Positions 28,483 to 38,400 of a stretch of 64,000 bases of DNA are shown one piece after another. The position numbers and the translations under genes were made by a program. Under the pieces are notes generated by a model. It was not told the DNA's origin and did no database searches. It worked only from the letters and a program-made list of their open reading frames with translations. Origin of the DNA: Gammaproteobacteria bacterium (GTDB taxonomy: Bacteria; Pseudomonadota; Gammaproteobacteria; Pseudomonadales; Pseudomonadaceae). The first letter of the stretch is position 1; the number at the start of each line of letters is the position of its first letter. The stretch spans positions 1,853 to 65,852 of the forward strand of contig JAMCWB010000030.1 in NCBI GenBank assembly GCA_023475025.1, given 5' to 3'.

Positions 28483-29168
28483 CAGAACTCCCAGTCTTGA
28501 TCATCACCTTTTTGAATCTGCAGGGGTGTGGACTGATTGGGTGTAGCTGACTGACTGCGAGCGCTGACGCTCATGGTCACCGCACGGAAGAAGCGATGAA
28601 TGTCTGCGGCATTTTCTGCGCGAAACAGCGGAGCTTCGGGGTCATTGGCAAAGGTGCTGAGCATGTCCTCATCCGCATCGGCACCGATCGCCATGGCAAA
28701 GCGGGTTGCCTTGGCGCTCCGTTCACCCTTGGCCAGACGCTGAAACGGCCCCTGCCACTCATCGTTCGGGTAGCCATCAGAGACCAGTACAACAACCGGT
28801 CTATAGGCGCGAGAGGGAACGCTGTCCTTGTCTTCAATCATGTCGCTCAGCAGCGTCAGTGCGCCACCCAACGGAGTCATACCTTCAGCGGTCAGTGGCG
28901 TGAAACCGCTCAACTGATGCGCTGGCGTCAGGGGCAAGCTGACGGAAGCTTGATTGCCACCAAAAGTAATCACGCTGACCTGAATCTCGGCGCGCAAACG
29001 ACTTTCACCAGCAAAACTTTGGATCATGTCCTTGAGCCCCTTGTTAAGGGCTTCGATCTTGCCATCGACGGACATGCTGCCACTGGTATCGGCCAACACG
29101 ATGATCGGCAGAGGTCGGGCGGTTTGAACCTGGAATTTCTTCAACTCAGACATCAATGTCTTCCTCAA
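28482..29168 (-). CDS. TerY-like von Willebrand factor A protein
   Basis: MIDAS DTSGS, downstream GMTPLG and VLVSDGYPND, 228 aa. Confidence 0.85.
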   Translation of the reverse strand: MRKTLMSELKKFQVQTARPLPIIVLADTSGSMSVDGKIEALNKGLKDMIQSFAGESRLRAEIQVSVITFGGNQASVSLPLTPAHQLSGFTPLTAEGMTPLGGALTLLSDMIEDKDSVPSRAYRPVVVLVSDGYPNDEWQGPFQRLAKGERSAKATRFAMAIGADADEDMLSTFANDPEAPLFRAENAADIHRFFRAVTMSVSARSQSATPNQSTPLQIQKGDDQDWEF

Positions 29169-29252
29169 TAGTTACTCGGCACATGCGATAGTTGCCGAAA
29201 AATACAACCGGGGATCTTGATACTTTTACTTTCGAATTGACCAAAACGATGC

Positions 29253-30149
29253 TTAGCGCATTACCTTGTTCCAGTCGATGCCATAGCCAGCGGCGTCCAG
29301 CTCACGAGCAAGCGCTTGTTTCCAGCCGCCACTTTTATCCATGTTTTCCCACACCACTCCGGCAAAATCGCTCGGAATCTCAAGCTCCCCACTTTTCAGT
29401 GCACAGACCCGCTCCCGCCCCAGTCGACCTATGAAATAGCCCAACTCCAGCAATACGTTCTGTCTTGCTCTGAGTTCCGGGGTACCACCCTTTACGCACC
29501 CTTCGTCATCCGGCGTTAGCAACACAACAGCGAACCCGACATCACTGTGGGCGACCACCTTTTCGATGATGGTGCGCCCCTGGTTGGCTTGTTCATGCAG
29601 GATGATGGCTTCCAGGCCCATGCGCTCAAGGAACCGCGCAACCGACTCGCGTGCACCATCATCGTGGCCGTGGACGATAAAAACCTTGCTTGAAAAGGGG
29701 AGCTTAAGCGTAGTACCCGTATCGCCACGAGAATTCACATAGCTCTTATAGTCGCGCACAAAAGGAATAATAAGCTGGCCAGTGAGGGTATGAATTCCAG
29801 CTATGACCTTGTTCCCGGAATGAAAATAATGGAGGCAAAAATTGATCGCATAATCAGGATCTGCAGCCAGCTTTTGTATTAAAAGCAGCGTCAAACCTAA
29901 TGATGCTTTATGATCATCCGGCCAAGCCAGCTTGGCGCTTCCCATCATGCCAGTTGCGGCTTTTCCACTTTCCTCAAGGAAAGCCTCCAAATCGACGCCA
30001 GCAGTAAGCTCGTCATTAAAAGGCGCAAGATCAGAATGCTTAAGCAGCTGGGCCAGCTTGCGCAAGGGACGCTCGAAAGTCTGCATCTGAGAATTTTGCA
30101 GATCCAGTACGGCATGGTTGATTTCAGTAAAAAGATCCTGACCCATCAC
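29253..30149 (-). CDS. Two-domain protein with C-terminal bacterial TIR-like nucleotide-binding domain
   Basis: The C-terminal half reads KVFIVHGHDDGARESVARFLE..VVLLTPDDEG..RARQNVLLELGYFIGRLGRERVC..PSDFAGVV. This matches the TIR-like family seen in Cap12/PycTIR effectors. The N-terminal 150 aa are unrecognised. Confidence 0.7.
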   Translation of the reverse strand: MMGQDLFTEINHAVLDLQNSQMQTFERPLRKLAQLLKHSDLAPFNDELTAGVDLEAFLEESGKAATGMMGSAKLAWPDDHKASLGLTLLLIQKLAADPDYAINFCLHYFHSGNKVIAGIHTLTGQLIIPFVRDYKSYVNSRGDTGTTLKLPFSSKVFIVHGHDDGARESVARFLERMGLEAIILHEQANQGRTIIEKVVAHSDVGFAVVLLTPDDEGCVKGGTPELRARQNVLLELGYFIGRLGRERVCALKSGELEIPSDFAGVVWENMDKSGGWKQALARELDAAGYGIDWNKVMR

Positions 30150-30430
30150 TGACCTCCTTCTGATTGCAATCTGGCTTCTGCTGCTTTTTGCAGGATCTGC
30201 TCCCGATATTTTTCCTTCATCTGAATAACTAACGGCCCGACAATCGAATTGGACGCATATTCCGTAACCCGTAGATCAATAGTCTGGCTAATCTGATTGA
30301 TCGCTGACTCAATACTGGAAGGGTCATAAGGGTTAAATTTTACAACCCCAAGTTCACCATCCAACTCGGAGAGAGCACGCTGAGCGTCCTCGAGCTGTTT
30401 TTGCAGCTTATCAAAACCTTTGATTTTCAT
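30146..30430 (-). CDS. Small helical protein, unknown function
   Basis: Track ORF 30146..30448 (TTG). ATG 30430 is preferred because of AGGAGG 6 nt upstream. The stop overlaps the TIR-like start by 4 nt. Confidence 0.6.
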   Translation of the reverse strand: MKIKGFDKLQKQLEDAQRALSELDGELGVVKFNPYDPSSIESAINQISQTIDLRVTEYASNSIVGPLVIQMKEKYREQILQKAAEARLQSEGGQ

Positions 30431-30503
30431 TGAATGCCTCCTGGCCAATTGATGTTCGACTCACTTCTCACCTTCCTAAGTAAAGGCGAGACACTGAGTT
30501 CTA

Positions 30504-30520
30504 AGCGAACATCGTGCCAA
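30504..30520 (-). promoter_or_regulatory. Sigma-54 (-24/-12) promoter P2
   Basis: The minus strand reads TTGGCACGATGTTCGCT, with correct GG-N10-GC spacing. It is about 60 nt upstream of the small-protein ATG and matches P1 at 16 of 17 positions. Confidence 0.65.
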
Positions 30521-30590
30521 AATATAAAACCCAATAAAAACAGCGCGTTGCGCAAGCGACGCATAGCTCTCCGCTTCACACATAACAACA

Positions 30591-30612
30591 AATATTACAT
30601 TTTGGTAATATT
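30591..30612. promoter_or_regulatory. AT-rich inverted repeat about 85 bp upstream of P2 (candidate enhancer/UAS)
   Basis: AATATTAC-N6-GTAATATT, followed by a third TATTAC. Confidence 0.35.
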
Positions 30613-30646
30613 TATTACCGCCACACAGTTGCCTTGGGAGGCGGCG

Positions 30647-31561
30647 CTACTCCTCAAAATAATCCGAGTCCAACCGTTTCACCTCGTAGGTCGCTATCGT
30701 GGAGACTCCAACCCCGGTGTCGATCATCAGGCTCACCAGCTTCTCGCCGTCAATCAGCACGATACGGGTATCAATGAGCGAGGCATACTCTATCGCTTCT
30801 GAGCTGAAGCTGGATGTAGTCAGGAAAACCCCTTTCTTGGCTCTCTGGCCCTGGAGCGCGCCGGCGAATTTCTGTATTTCGGGGCGGCCTACGGTACCTT
30901 CCCAACGCTTGGCCTGCAGGTAGATGACATCCAGGCCGAGCCGATCTTCCTTGATAACGCCATCAATACCGCCGTCGCCGGAGCGGCCGAGCGTCTGTCC
31001 TGCGTCCTTGCGCGAGCCGCCATAGCCGAGCCTTACCAGCAGCTCGACGACCAGGCGCTCGAAGAATGCTGGGGACGCAGCCTTGATTCTGGTTATGAGT
31101 TCTTCCTTTAGCTCCTCACGGACGGTCTGATAACCAAACTCCATATGTTCCGATGGTGTCAGTGTGTCCGTTTCGATGGAGCCCACCGGGGTGGCTGCTG
31201 CAGGCTTTTCGGGTTTGCTCCCCGACTGGAACGCTGTGTACTCATCAAACTGGCGCAGGTAGGACATATTTATTGGAGCTGCATCCTGCGCCAGCGCCTC
31301 CAGCCCTCGCTGGGTTATCCGATAGCGGGCTCGGCTGGGCGATTCAATCAGGCCGGCACCTTTGAGATGGGTTTTTGCCCAGCCTATGCGGTTATCAAAC
31401 AGCCGTGCGTAGCCACTGGGCAGCATTTCGGCCAGCTCGTCCTCGGTCAGCTGAAAATACCCGGCAAGATACTCGTTGGTTTCACGATTAGTCCGCACCG
31501 CTCCGTCAGCGAGGTGCTCCAGCAGAGGGCGCATGATTGTCTGGAAGTCGGGTATTGCCAT
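30647..31561 (-). CDS. mrr: Mrr-family type IV restriction endonuclease
   Basis: N-terminal Mrr_N-like wHTH and C-terminal catalytic core GDGGIDGVI...LQAKRW. Confidence 0.85.
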   Translation of the reverse strand: MAIPDFQTIMRPLLEHLADGAVRTNRETNEYLAGYFQLTEDELAEMLPSGYARLFDNRIGWAKTHLKGAGLIESPSRARYRITQRGLEALAQDAAPINMSYLRQFDEYTAFQSGSKPEKPAAATPVGSIETDTLTPSEHMEFGYQTVREELKEELITRIKAASPAFFERLVVELLVRLGYGGSRKDAGQTLGRSGDGGIDGVIKEDRLGLDVIYLQAKRWEGTVGRPEIQKFAGALQGQRAKKGVFLTTSSFSSEAIEYASLIDTRIVLIDGEKLVSLMIDTGVGVSTIATYEVKRLDSDYFEE

Positions 31562-31616
31562 GTTGTCGGTGTTCCTTTCCTGGATGGCCTTAGTTGGCTT
31601 ATTGACCGAAGTTAGT

Positions 31617-32777
31617 CTACAGCTGGCCGGAGAAGGCTTGTTGGCTCAACGAGCTGGCTAATCTCTCCTGTGCTGCGAGAGCATCCAGAAGACGACCTCG
31701 GTGCGACTCAAAAGCTTTATAACGATCAAGGAAAGCTATTTGCTGCGCGTGCGGGGGCAAGGCCACTGGTGTTTTTGCAATCAACCCAACATTCAATGTG
31801 GGCTGGGCTACTGCACGAGTTTCCCGCTTGAAATAGCCTTGAACTACCGGACTCTGTAGGTAGCGATAAACATACTCGCGGTTTACGCCTTCACGAATAG
31901 GTATCCGCGTGACTGCTCGCGCAATATTCCATCCAATCATTGCATCGCTGGCCCAACCGACACGACCAATAGTGCCTACGCAAGCGATCAGAATTTCATT
32001 TCCTTTCAGCTTTGATTTCCTATGCTTCGAATCAATGCTTGCCGACACTCGCCTTAGCTGGGCGACGTCAGGAGTAACATCAGAAAGATCTCCAGACCTT
32101 ACCAATGGAACACCGTCCTCTTCGTGATCACCCGGCTGAACAACGCCGTAGTTCAATTTGTCATTGGGATCAATGAGCGTAGAAAGCTCAACGACATTCC
32201 ACCCCTTCGGATTCGTCACCGGATCACCAAACATCTCCAGAAACACGGCGCGGAGGAAGTCGTCGGCGAGCTGGATGGCTTGCTGGCGTTTGCGGCGAAT
32301 GGCGTCGGCCTTGTCGAGGATGGCGGCGATGCGCTTTTGTTCGGGCAGGGGTGGGAGGGGGATTTCTACTGCTTCAAGCTTGCCTTTAGTAATGTGCTTA
32401 AGGCCAACCCCGCCATGAGCCTGATCAATAATCAGGTCCAGCTTAGAATTTATTGCATATCGAAGATAATTTTTATCGATATGACGCTCATCAATATCAA
32501 CCCTAAAAATATGTTGATTTAGAAAGCCCTTGCCCCGATTCCAGAAGAATGCACCAAAGGAAGTCCCTGGAGTGCCAGACCAAGAGAAAAGCAAGTCCCC
32601 CGGATCCACGTGGAATCTTTTTTCCACCTCAAAATCGCAATAATTGAAAGGTTTAGTTTCATCATTGAGATTTTGGATTCGAACAATAGGAGTGCCCGAG
32701 GCCGACCACTCCTCCGGCTTAAATGCTCTCCCGTTCTGAAGGCTGCATACACTTCCAAAGGGAACGAGATTCATCAC
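31617..32777 (-). CDS. hsdS: Type I R-M specificity subunit
   Basis: 386 aa in a two-TRD layout with conserved LPPLPEQKRIAAILD and LPPHAQQIAFLD spacer helices. 4-nt overlap with hsdM. Confidence 0.88.
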   Translation of the reverse strand: MMNLVPFGSVCSLQNGRAFKPEEWSASGTPIVRIQNLNDETKPFNYCDFEVEKRFHVDPGDLLFSWSGTPGTSFGAFFWNRGKGFLNQHIFRVDIDERHIDKNYLRYAINSKLDLIIDQAHGGVGLKHITKGKLEAVEIPLPPLPEQKRIAAILDKADAIRRKRQQAIQLADDFLRAVFLEMFGDPVTNPKGWNVVELSTLIDPNDKLNYGVVQPGDHEEDGVPLVRSGDLSDVTPDVAQLRRVSASIDSKHRKSKLKGNEILIACVGTIGRVGWASDAMIGWNIARAVTRIPIREGVNREYVYRYLQSPVVQGYFKRETRAVAQPTLNVGLIAKTPVALPPHAQQIAFLDRYKAFESHRGRLLDALAAQERLASSLSQQAFSGQL

Positions 32778-34378
32778 AACATTCCCTCCAACTCATCCAG
32801 ATCCGCCATGATCTCCCGCTCCAGCGCCTTCAACCGCTGCAGTATCACCTTCGGGTCTTCGTATACTTCTTCCTCGTACACCACTTCCTTGTAGCGGTTG
32901 ATGGACAGATCGTACTTGTTGGCGGCGATATCGGCGGCGGGGACGACGAAGGCTTTCCGGGTCTTGTCACCAAAGATGGTGTCGATGCTGGAGGCCTTGA
33001 GGTTGCTTTCGACCATCTGCCGGTACTTGTGCCACTGGCCGATGGCATCGGGCAGGTCGTTGCTGCCCTCGCCTTTCAGCTCGGCGCGCTTGTCATCCAG
33101 CGAGTAGCCGTCGGCCTGCAGGTCATAAAACCACACACGCTCGGTGCTGCCGCCCTTGGTGAAGATGAGGATGGCGGTGCTGACGCCGGCGTAGGGTTTG
33201 AACACGCCGCTAGGCAGGCTGACGATGCCTTCGAGCTGGTTGTTGTCGAGCAGCTCCTGACGCAGTTGCTGGTGGGCCTTGGATGAGCCGAACAGCACAC
33301 CGTCCGGCACGATCACGGCGGCGCGACCACCGAGTTTGAGCGAGCGCAGGATGTGGGCGACAAACAGCAGCTCGGTCTTCTTGGTTTTCACCAGACCGAG
33401 CACGTCGGGGTTGGTGTTGCTTTCATCCAGGCTGCCTTTGAATGGCGGGTTGGCCAGCACCACATCGAAAAAGTTTTCTTCCTGCTCGGGGTAGTGCTCC
33501 TTGATCGATTTGCTCAGGGAGTCCTGGTACAGGATGTTGGCGCCATGCACGCCGTGCAGCATCATGTTCATGCTGGAGACGCGCAGCATGGTGGTATCGA
33601 AGTCGAAGCCCCAGAACATGCTGCGGTTGATGTGCTCACGGTAAGGCTCCAGCAGGTCGCCGGTGTAATGTTTGTTGCCGTCTTCATCGGTAAAGATGCC
33701 GGCTTCGCTGGAGTGCTCGCGGTTAAGGTATTCCATGGTGCGGGCGAGGAAGCCGGCGGTACCGCAGGACGGATCGCAGATAACATCGGTAGGCTGCGGG
33801 GCAACCAACTCGATCATGGCGTCGATGATGTGGCGAGGCGTGCGGAACTGACCGTTGATGCCGGCGGTGGTCAGTTTGCTCAGCAGGTATTCGTAGATAT
33901 CGCCCTTTACATCACTCTGGTTCAGCGGCAGGTCGTTGACCATTTCCACGGCGGAGGTCAGCACCGATTCGTTCTTGATCTCCAGATCGGCGTCCTGCAT
34001 GTATTCGCCGATATGCCCCAGCCCCTCCAGTGCACTGCCTTCATCACCCAGGCCATCGGCGTTGTCAGACTGCTTGCCCAATTTGGCAAAGTAGGGGTAA
34101 ACCTTGTGCCGGAGGTGGCTGTGCAGCTCCTTGCCGCTCATGTTGCGGAAGTTTTTCCAGCGCAGCAGCTGGCCTTCCGGGGTATTGGGAAACAGCCGGT
34201 CAAAGACCTTGCCGGTGCGATTGGCCTTGCGCTCGGCGACGTCTTCCTGCATGTCGAGCATGCGGGCGAACATCAGGTAGCTGATCTGTTCGATCACTGT
34301 CAGCGGGTTGGTGATGCCGCCGGTCCAGAATTTTTCCCAGAGTTTGTCTATGTCGTTACGGATTTTGCCAGTGAGCAT
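32774..34378 (-). CDS. hsdM: Type I R-M N6-adenine DNA methyltransferase
   Basis: Motif [11 protein letters not shown] and motif IV NPPFKGS, with an HsdM N-terminal domain. Confidence 0.92.
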   Translation of the reverse strand: MLTGKIRNDIDKLWEKFWTGGITNPLTVIEQISYLMFARMLDMQEDVAERKANRTGKVFDRLFPNTPEGQLLRWKNFRNMSGKELHSHLRHKVYPYFAKLGKQSDNADGLGDEGSALEGLGHIGEYMQDADLEIKNESVLTSAVEMVNDLPLNQSDVKGDIYEYLLSKLTTAGINGQFRTPRHIIDAMIELVAPQPTDVICDPSCGTAGFLARTMEYLNREHSSEAGIFTDEDGNKHYTGDLLEPYREHINRSMFWGFDFDTTMLRVSSMNMMLHGVHGANILYQDSLSKSIKEHYPEQEENFFDVVLANPPFKGSLDESNTNPDVLGLVKTKKTELLFVAHILRSLKLGGRAAVIVPDGVLFGSSKAHQQLRQELLDNNQLEGIVSLPSGVFKPYAGVSTAILIFTKGGSTERVWFYDLQADGYSLDDKRAELKGEGSNDLPDAIGQWHKYRQMVESNLKASSIDTIFGDKTRKAFVVPAADIAANKYDLSINRYKEVVYEEEVYEDPKVILQRLKALEREIMADLDELEGML

Positions 34379-34385
34379 GGGTGTT

Positions 34386-35450
34386 TCAATTGTCCTGTTG
34401 TGGTGTATCTGATTGGTATCGGGCGGCTGCTTCCTTCAGGCGCAGCACTCTTTCCCGTTCGCGCTCCAGTTCCCGTGCCAGTTCCTCTTCAGTGGGCAGG
34501 GCTGTGAGGTATTTGGAGGCGAACAATTGCTTGCTTTCGCTGAGCACGGAGTATTTGGCGACGGTGTTATTGCGCTCGCTGCACAGAATCAGCCCGATGG
34601 TCGGGTTGTCGTCGGGGCGGCGTTTGTGTTCTTCATACATGCGCACATACATGTCCATCTGGCCCACGTCCTGGTGGGTGAGCTTGTGCATTTTCAGGTC
34701 GATCAGCAGAAAGCATTTGAGATGAAAGTTGTAGAACACCAGATCGATGAAGTAGTCGCCGTCATCGGTGCGGATGCGTTGCTGGCGTTCGACGAAGGCA
34801 AAGCCCTTGCCCAGCTCCAACAGGAACTGCTGCAGGTTGGAGATGATGCCCTGTTCGAGGTCGCTTTCCTGCCAGGTTTTATCCGGCAGGTTGAGAAAGT
34901 CGAGGATGTAGGGGTCGCGCAGGTAATGTTTGGGATCATCCTGCAGCGGCTCGGTTTTCTCCTGTGCTTCCTGCTCGACAGTGGACTTGTCCTTGCTGGC
35001 GAGCAGGCGCTCGTAATACAGCGTGCCGATCTGGCGCTCCAGTGCGCGGACGCTCCAGTTCTCATCCGCCGCCTCATCCGCATACCACTGCCTGGCAGCA
35101 GGGTTCTCAATACGCATCAGGGTTCGATAGTGGCTCCAGCTCAAAACACTACGCAGTGTGTAGTGTTTTGGGAAAGTCAGGTAGAACTGCCGCATATTGC
35201 GCAGGTTGCCCACATCAAACCCTTTGCCAAACTCGGCCTGCAGGCGCTCTGACAACTGTTTGAGCTGCTGCTTGCCGTACTCTGCCCGCTGCTGCCCTTG
35301 CTGCTCCTGCTCTACAATCAAGCGGCCGATATGCCAGTAGGCCTGAACCATGTGCTGGTTGACCGCCTGCCTGACCTGCTGGCGGGCCTGGGCAATGACT
35401 TCTGCTATGGCCTGATAAAGCGTGCCCGGCACCAGATCCTTACTGGCCAT
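34386..35450 (-). CDS. YhcG/DUF1016-type PD-(D/E)xK nuclease-like protein
   Basis: Start placed at ATG 35450 (AGGAGG 7 nt upstream) within track ORF 34386..35489. The core reads [20 protein letters not shown]. The gene is inserted between hsdR and hsdM. Confidence 0.8.
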   Translation of the reverse strand: MASKDLVPGTLYQAIAEVIAQARQQVRQAVNQHMVQAYWHIGRLIVEQEQQGQQRAEYGKQQLKQLSERLQAEFGKGFDVGNLRNMRQFYLTFPKHYTLRSVLSWSHYRTLMRIENPAARQWYADEAADENWSVRALERQIGTLYYERLLASKDKSTVEQEAQEKTEPLQDDPKHYLRDPYILDFLNLPDKTWQESDLEQGIISNLQQFLLELGKGFAFVERQQRIRTDDGDYFIDLVFYNFHLKCFLLIDLKMHKLTHQDVGQMDMYVRMYEEHKRRPDDNPTIGLILCSERNNTVAKYSVLSESKQLFASKYLTALPTEEELARELERERERVLRLKEAAARYQSDTPQQDN

Positions 35451-38400
35451 GCTGAGCCTCCTGCTTGATGAATGGTTCAAGCACTGCAATCAGATCGCCG
35501 ACGTCATCCGGCGTGAACACACCGTCGATGCCCTCATGGGAAATGCTGTCGAAGGGAGGCTCATAGAGTTTGTCGACAACGATGCTGCCGTGTTGGGCTA
35601 TATAGTTTTTCAGCAGGTTCATAAAGCGCACCTGCTGGGCGGTCAGCGTCGGGTGGTTGTGCAGGAAGCGCTTGAAGTGCTCCTCGATGGCCTGCGGGTC
35701 AAGCCCGATAATCTCGCGCACGGTCAGGTGCAGCTGATCGGCAGTGCGCCCGTAGAACTCATTGAGCACCTCCAGGCTGACGCCGGGGTGGCTGGTGAGG
35801 ATGGTCGAGGTCAGGGTTTTCAGCTCCGGCTCGGCAATCGGCTCACCCTGGCGGATTTTCTGCAGGGTCGGGTTAGCAGCCAGCATGGCGTCAAGGATGT
35901 CCTTAAGCCGACGGCGGTAGATCATGGCTTCGTTGGCGCCAGCGATATACACCTGACGCTCATTGTTCTGGATGTTGCCATCACGGGTGCGCGTGCTGCC
36001 GATGTCGTAGCCGGGGCCCGTGCCGCTCTGGCGGTATTTCATGATGCTGCGCAACTCCTTGCGGGCATGCTCCAGCTTGGCAATGCTCGGCTGCTGCCAG
36101 AACGCAGCACTGCGTACTTCGGCAATCACTGCATCCTTCTGGCGCACGGCATTGATGTTCACTGCGAGCCTATCCAGCTCGGCCAGCAGTTCGGTCTTTC
36201 CGTCCTCGAAGCAACTGGCCTGCACTACCAGACAGCACTGAATACCGGCGATCAGCTTGTCGAAGGCCGTCGCGTGCTTGTCACGCAACACCCGGGCGGA
36301 CATCAGCGGGGCAATGGTGTTGCTCAACAGGTGTTGGGTTTTGCTGTCGAGTGTCTTGAGCATCGGAGTTTGTTGCAGCTGGTGCACCACCCGCAGCTCA
36401 CGCTTAACCGCCACACTGGTGTCCGGCAGATCATTGATGTCTGCCTGCAGCAACTCGACGGCCACATCAAAGGCGTCAGCGTGGTTGGCCTTGAGCGCGG
36501 CCTGCGCCAGTTGCAGGCGCGCTTCGAAGGTGGTCTGCAGCAGCGACTTGCTGCCGGTGTCCTCCGGCTCCAGGTATTCCTGCTCGAAGAAATCGAAGTT
36601 GCCGTAGTGATCGAAAATGAGGAATTCGCTCTTGTGCTTGCCCGGCCCAAACAGATTGGGACGCAGGCGGGTGCCGCGGCCGATCATCTGCCAGAATTTG
36701 ACCCAGCTCTTCACTGGTTTGGCAAAGACCAGATTGACTACCTCGGGTACGTCGATGCCGGTGTCGAGCATGTCCACCGAGATGGCGATACGGAAGTCGT
36801 TGTCCGGTTTCTTGAATTCCTTGATCAGTGTTTCCACATGCGGAATGGCGTTGTGGATCACCTTGCAGACCTTGCTGCCATATTGCGGATACAGCTTGCA
36901 GAACAGTTTTTCCAGGTGCTCGGCATGATCCTGACGCTGGGCGAAGACGATGGTCTTGCCCACCAGTGAGCCAGTGTCATCCTGGATGCCATTATTGATC
37001 AGGTTCTCGAGGATGATGCGGTCGGTGTCTTCACTGAAGATCTTGCGGCCGATGTCCTTGCCGGCGATGGTGGTCTGCCGGGCTTCTTCCTCTCCCAGGT
37101 CCTCTTCCAGCTGACGTTGCTGTGCTTCGCTGAGCTGGCTGTAATGGATGCCGTCACGCAGAAAATCGGTGGTCAGGTCCTTGACCCGGAAGGGCACCAG
37201 ATAGGGTGGCTCGTTGTTGATGGCCGCATCCAGCCCGAATTCAAAGGTCGGGTCGGTGGTTTCACAGTCGAACAGGTCGAAGGTATTGCGACTGATGAAT
37301 TTAACCGGTGTCGCGGTCAGCCCGACCTGCATGGCATCGAAGTAATCAAACAGGTCGCGGTACTTGTTGTAGATGCTGCGATGGCTTTCGTCGGCGATGA
37401 TCAGGTCGAAAAAGCCAACATCCAGCTGGGCAAAGCGGTTCATCATGCCCGGATAGGTGGCAATGAAGATGCGAGCGGTCTGATCCACCTTGCTGGTTTC
37501 ACCAATGACGCAACGCGGCTCACTGGGGAGATTCTGCTTGAAGGCATCATCGGCTTGCACGCGCAGTTCCTTGCGATCACAGAGAAACAGCACGCGCTTG
37601 GCCCAGCCGGTACGCAGCAGTAATTCCGCTAGGGCGATGGCAACACGGGTCTTGCCCGTGCCAGTGGCCTGAATGATCAGCGCCTTGCGCCGCTGGCTCT
37701 GGAAGTGCGCGGCGACAGTCTTGATTGCTTCGATCTGGTAGGGCCGATCGGCAATGCTCAACTGCGGGTTGTGCTTTTCCAGCGCCTGGACCCGATATTG
37801 GCGCTGGTAAATCAGGTATTCCAGGCTGTCCTTGCTGTAGAGGCCGTACACCGGGCGATAGGTGTTGTACTGGGCATCGTCCCAGATGAAGGTTTCATAG
37901 CCGTTGCTATAGAAAATTACTGGCCGCTGCATGCCCATGCGTTCAAAACCATCGGCATACATACGCGCTTGTTCACGTCCAGCTTGCAGGCTGACGTTGC
38001 CAGACTTCTTCGCCTCGATCACGGCGAGTGGCTGGCCGTTGTCGCCCCACAGCACATAGTCAGCACGACCTTTACCGGACGGGTTATCCGGGAAATCCAC
38101 CTCGACTTCATGCCCTACCTGCGCAGGGTTAGCCACATCCCAGCCGGCCTGCAGCAGCATCGCATCAATCAATAGGGTTCGGGTCTTGGCTTCATTCCAC
38201 TGCAGGCTGTCGGCTACCTGCTGGCTCTCGCGTTGGCGTTTCTGTTGATCGGGGCGGGCCGGCGGCTCAAGCTTCTCAATATTGCGGGTGCGCTGCTGTT
38301 CCAGCTCGGCAATCACCTGCTGCAAGGCTTCCTGCTTCTGGGACAGCTCTTTTTCGTAATTGGATACCGACTGCTGCAACCCCTTGATGGCCGCCGTGGG

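Noticed and set aside
29172-29200. GGCAA...GCAT / GGCAC...TTGC strings between the TIR-like gene and the vWA gene
   Set aside because: Spacing is wrong in both orientations (8 and 14 nt between the GG and GC dinucleotides), so it is not a credible third sigma-54 promoter. The 84-nt gap is therefore left without an assigned promoter or terminator.
33353-36969. Long plus-strand ORFs (384 aa at 33353..34507, 279 aa at 34413..35252, 515 aa at 35422..36969)
   Set aside because: These are antisense shadow ORFs of hsdM, the YhcG-like gene and hsdR. Their composition is low-complexity and G/V/A/L/Q-rich, and they carry no motifs. The minus-strand genes have clear catalytic motifs.
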